Source: an uncultured Methanomassiliicoccales archaeon (GTDB lineage Archaea; Thermoplasmatota; Thermoplasmata; Methanomassiliicoccales; UBA472). Taken from it: 64,000 bases of DNA. Positions within the stretch are counted from its first letter, which is position 1; every line of letters starts with the position of its first letter. Positions 60,964-64,000 of the stretch are shown here, piece after piece. The position numbers and the translations under genes are program-made. Where the stretch lies: positions 1,664,001 through 1,728,000 of the forward strand of contig OY968769.1 in the NCBI GenBank assembly GCA_963695345.1. Reading direction: 5' to 3'. The notes beneath the pieces are model-generated. The model was not told where the DNA came from. It saw only the letters and a program-made list of their open reading frames with translations, and searched no databases.

Positions 60964-63900
60964 TTACACGTGCGGTGTAGCACGCACCTCCGCGCTCTTG
61001 GCTCCAGTGCCGATCGCGTTGACCGCGGCGACCTTGTGATCGTCGGTCACACCGTTGGTCATCCAGGTATCGGTATACGATGTGCCGGGGCTGATTGTCT
61101 TCACGAGCGTCTCCGTTCCCGGAGACCATGACCGGTAGATCTTGTACCCGGTTATCGCCGATCCGCCGTTGGACGGTGCGGTCCAGGTCAATTTGATCAC
61201 GCCGCTCGATCCGGTCGCTATTGCGGACAATCCAGTGACAGTACCGGGGACTGAGCTCGTGCTCTTGGTCGGTGTCGCGTAGACCTCTTCGCTAATGAGC
61301 TCCAGTGCCGATCGCGTTGACCGCGGCGACCTTGTAATAGTAGGTAACACCGTTGGTCAGTCCAGGTATCGGTGTACGATGTGCCGGGGCTGATTGTCTT
61401 CACGAGCGTTTCAAATCCGGAAGACCAACCCCGGTAGATCTTGTACCCGGTGATGGCCGATCCGCCATTGGACGGTGCGGTCCAGGTCAATTTGATAACG
61501 CCACTGGAACCGGTCGCCATCGCGGAAAGTCCAGTGACCATGCCAGGGGCGGTGTTTGAAGCATCGACAACCACTGAGGTCGATGTGCTGGCAGGCGAGG
61601 ACCCCACGGAGCTCACAGCTTTGACCGTATAGTAGTACGTGCCTTTCAAGATCATGGCATCGACATAGCTGGTGGCAGTTGATGTCCCGATCGAAACCTG
61701 GCCCGTAAGGGCGGAGCTGGTGCCGCGATAGATCACATAGCCGGTTAATGGACTGCTGCCGCTTGAAGCTGGAGCGGACCAGGTCAACGTTATTTTGCCC
61801 GTCGCCAAAGCGGCCGCCAGGTTGGTAGGTGCGGATGGCACAGTGCTCGGTATCGAGGACGACGCCTCGTTGCTGGCCGACGAGGTACCGACGGAGTTTA
61901 CCGCCTTGACCACGTAGTAGTATGTCATCCCTGCAACGACGTTCGAGTCAATGTAGGACAAGGTCGTGCTGGTACCCATCGCCGTTGTGGACTCTGATCC
62001 AGCGGAGGTGCCGCGATAGATATTGTACGAGGTTGTGGGCGACCCGCCATTGCTAGAAGGTGAGGTCCATGTCAGTGCGATCTTACCCGCTGTCAGAGTG
62101 GCAGCCAGGTTGGTCGGTGCTGAAGGTACTGTACTCGGTATCGAGGACGGACGCCTCGTTGCTGGGCATTGAGGTACCGACGGAGTTGACCGCCTTTACG
62201 ATGTAGAAGTAGGTCATCCCTGCAACGACGTTCGAGTCAATGTAGGACAAGGTCGTGCTGGTACCAAGCGCCGTTGTCGATTCCGACCCTGCGGAGGTTC
62301 CCCGGTAGATGTTGTACGAGGTTATCGCCGACCCGCCGTTGCTGGCCGGTGCGCTCCAAGTCAACGAGACCTTTCCTGTCATTAGTGTGGCTGCAAGATT
62401 TGTCGGTGCCGACGGCACCGTTCTCGGAACCGAGCGGGACGCCTCGTTACTGGCTGCCGAGGTACCGACGGAGTTGACCGCCTTGACCACGTAGTAGTAG
62501 GTCGTTCCAGCCACGACGTTAGAGTCGGTGTATGCCAGAGAGGTGCTAGTACCCAGCGCCGTTGTCGATTCTGATCCGGCAGCGGTGCCCCGGTAGATGT
62601 TATACAATGATATGGCTGACCCTCCATTACTGGCAGGTACATTCCAGGTCAACGAGACCTTACCCGCGGACAACGTCGAGGCCAGGTTGGTCGGTGCCGA
62701 CGGCACCGTTCCCGGGACCGAGCGGGACGCCTCGTTACTGGCGGCCGAGGTACCGACGGAGTTGACCGCCTTTACCACGTAGTAGTAGGTCGTTCCGGCA
62801 ACGACGTTCGAGTCGGTGTATGCCAGGGACGTGCTGGTGCCTATCGCCGTGGCCGATTCCCCTCCGGCGGAGGTGCCCCGGTAAACATTATACGAGGTTA
62901 TCGCCGACCCGCCGTTGCTGGCCGGCGCGCTCCAGGTCAGGGCGACCTTGCCCGAAGTCAATGTGGAGGCCAGGTTGGTCGGTGCCGATGACACCGTGCC
63001 CGATGACGGTGTGGCATAGGTGATGGTTCCGCCATAGTAGTAGAGGAGCTTCACTGACCTGTAGTAGGTATCGATCATGCAGTTCGCGTTCGAGCCCAGC
63101 TTCGTGAAGATGAGGTCCGTGCTCGCCCCCGGGGCTCCGGCCGGATACCATGATCCGGACGACGCCCTCCCGCTGACGGTGTTGACCCAGGTCTTCATGT
63201 TCAGGCTTGACGCCGTCATCGAGATCGGGGTGAACCCTTCATGGTTGCCGGTTCCGACCAGGTTGGTGCACGTGACCCCCGGTACCTGGAAGTTCTGGAA
63301 CTTGAACCCGTAGCCGTAGTACTGTTCGCAGTTGGGCTTCTGCCCGTTGTAGCTGGTGACGCAATCGATGAGCACGATGTTCTTCGGTTTCGCCCCGTAC
63401 TCGACGTGGAACCCGGAGCACCAATTGTACGTTGCCGTGCATCTCGTCAATACGATGTTCTCCACGGTGGTGCACTCGACCAGGTCGTATCCGGTGATCC
63501 AGGCGTTGATCCAGCCGATGTTGTCGCCGCCGTTGTGGCTGGCATCGCAGTCGGTGAATGCTACGTTCTTGATCAGGCTGTTACCGGAATAACTATTGTC
63601 ATCACCGAACAACAGGAAACCATAGGTCTGGGAGTACGTGACGGTGCAGCGGGTGAAGGTTATGCCATTGATAATGCCATTCGTCCCGACGTAAATCCAG
63701 AAACCAGATTCCATGTCCCCGGTCAATTGTGTGGCATGAACGTCGGTGAAGGTCCAGTCCCCGCAGGTTCCCCCGGCCTTGTACCCGTACACCTGCAGAT
63801 GGCCGGTGAACTTGAACGATGACAGGGTGACGTCAGAGACGCCGTTGATATAGAAGAAGCGGGAGGAGGTCGCAGTGAAGAGGGTGGAATCCCCATCGCC

Positions 63901-64000
63901 AAAGAGGGTGGTTCCCGTGGCAAAATACACGTGGGCCGTGAGCGTGTAAGTCCCGGCCGGAACGTAGGTCCTGGTGTTCACATGGGTCAACGCCCAGTTC
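60964..64000 (-). CDS. Large surface/secreted protein: right-handed beta-helix domain plus about seven fibronectin type III repeats (5' end beyond the window; frameshifted)
   Basis: YVPAGTY...TLFGDG pectate-lyase-like start; repeats P.APTNL...LTW.AP.SNGGS.IT.Y..YRGT...Y.D.....TYYY.V.AVN..G. Confidence 0.88.
61840..62992 (-). repeat. Four tandem 288-bp FN3-coding repeats, plus a second pair of about 298 bp at about 60970-61550
   Basis: TACCGACGGAGTT recurs at 61886, 62175, 62463, 62751; GGACGGTGCGGTCCAGGTCAATTTGAT at 61171 and 61470. Confidence 0.9.

Noticed and set aside
19-64000. Widespread pseudogenisation or programmed frameshifting (argS, mgtE-like, hdrC, hdrB, rps3ae, arsA-like, cimA, hom, acr3, FN3 gene and others)
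   Set aside because: Single-base indels hit essential genes with otherwise intact motifs and no shared slippery site. This pattern fits uncorrected long-read errors; read polishing would decide.

Overview
Archaeal chromosomal DNA, GC-rich with AT-richer patches. It is most consistent with a methanogen of the Thermoplasmatota (Methanomassiliicoccales-like). This is an inference from hdrCB, a hydrogenase maturation protease, S3ae/L37e/L41e, an Sm protein, PurP, PAC2, DUF835 and intron-containing tRNAs. The window is mostly housekeeping genes (argS, purP, purF, pyrC, adk, hom, cimA, nadE, pdaD, hdrCB) with seven tRNA genes, four of which have introns. Many genes, including essential ones, carry single-base frameshifts that look like uncorrected long-read indels. 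Accessory blocks sit just downstream of tRNA 3' ends. (1) After tRNA-Trp: a DUF2321-like zinc ribbon fused to a PD-(D/E)xK nuclease, a SLATT membrane protein, and a translationally coupled P-loop kinase-like / CARF / PIN operon with no CRISPR or cyclase in the window. (2) After tRNA-Ser: an Fe-S + 4xPAS sensor with no output domain, facing a sensor-less histidine kinase. (3) After tRNA-Glu: an arsenic locus (acr3, arsC, arsR) that also carries an AhpD-like CxxC protein and a CdhE/HgcA-like corrinoid-binding-domain protein. Other notable items: a Rab-like GTPase coupled to a V4R (Bet3/TRAPP-related)-DUF835 protein, a tRNA-Arg with a second intron in the T-loop, and an in-frame TAG that may encode pyrrolysine. 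All family assignments are by motif recognition only; no searches were run.
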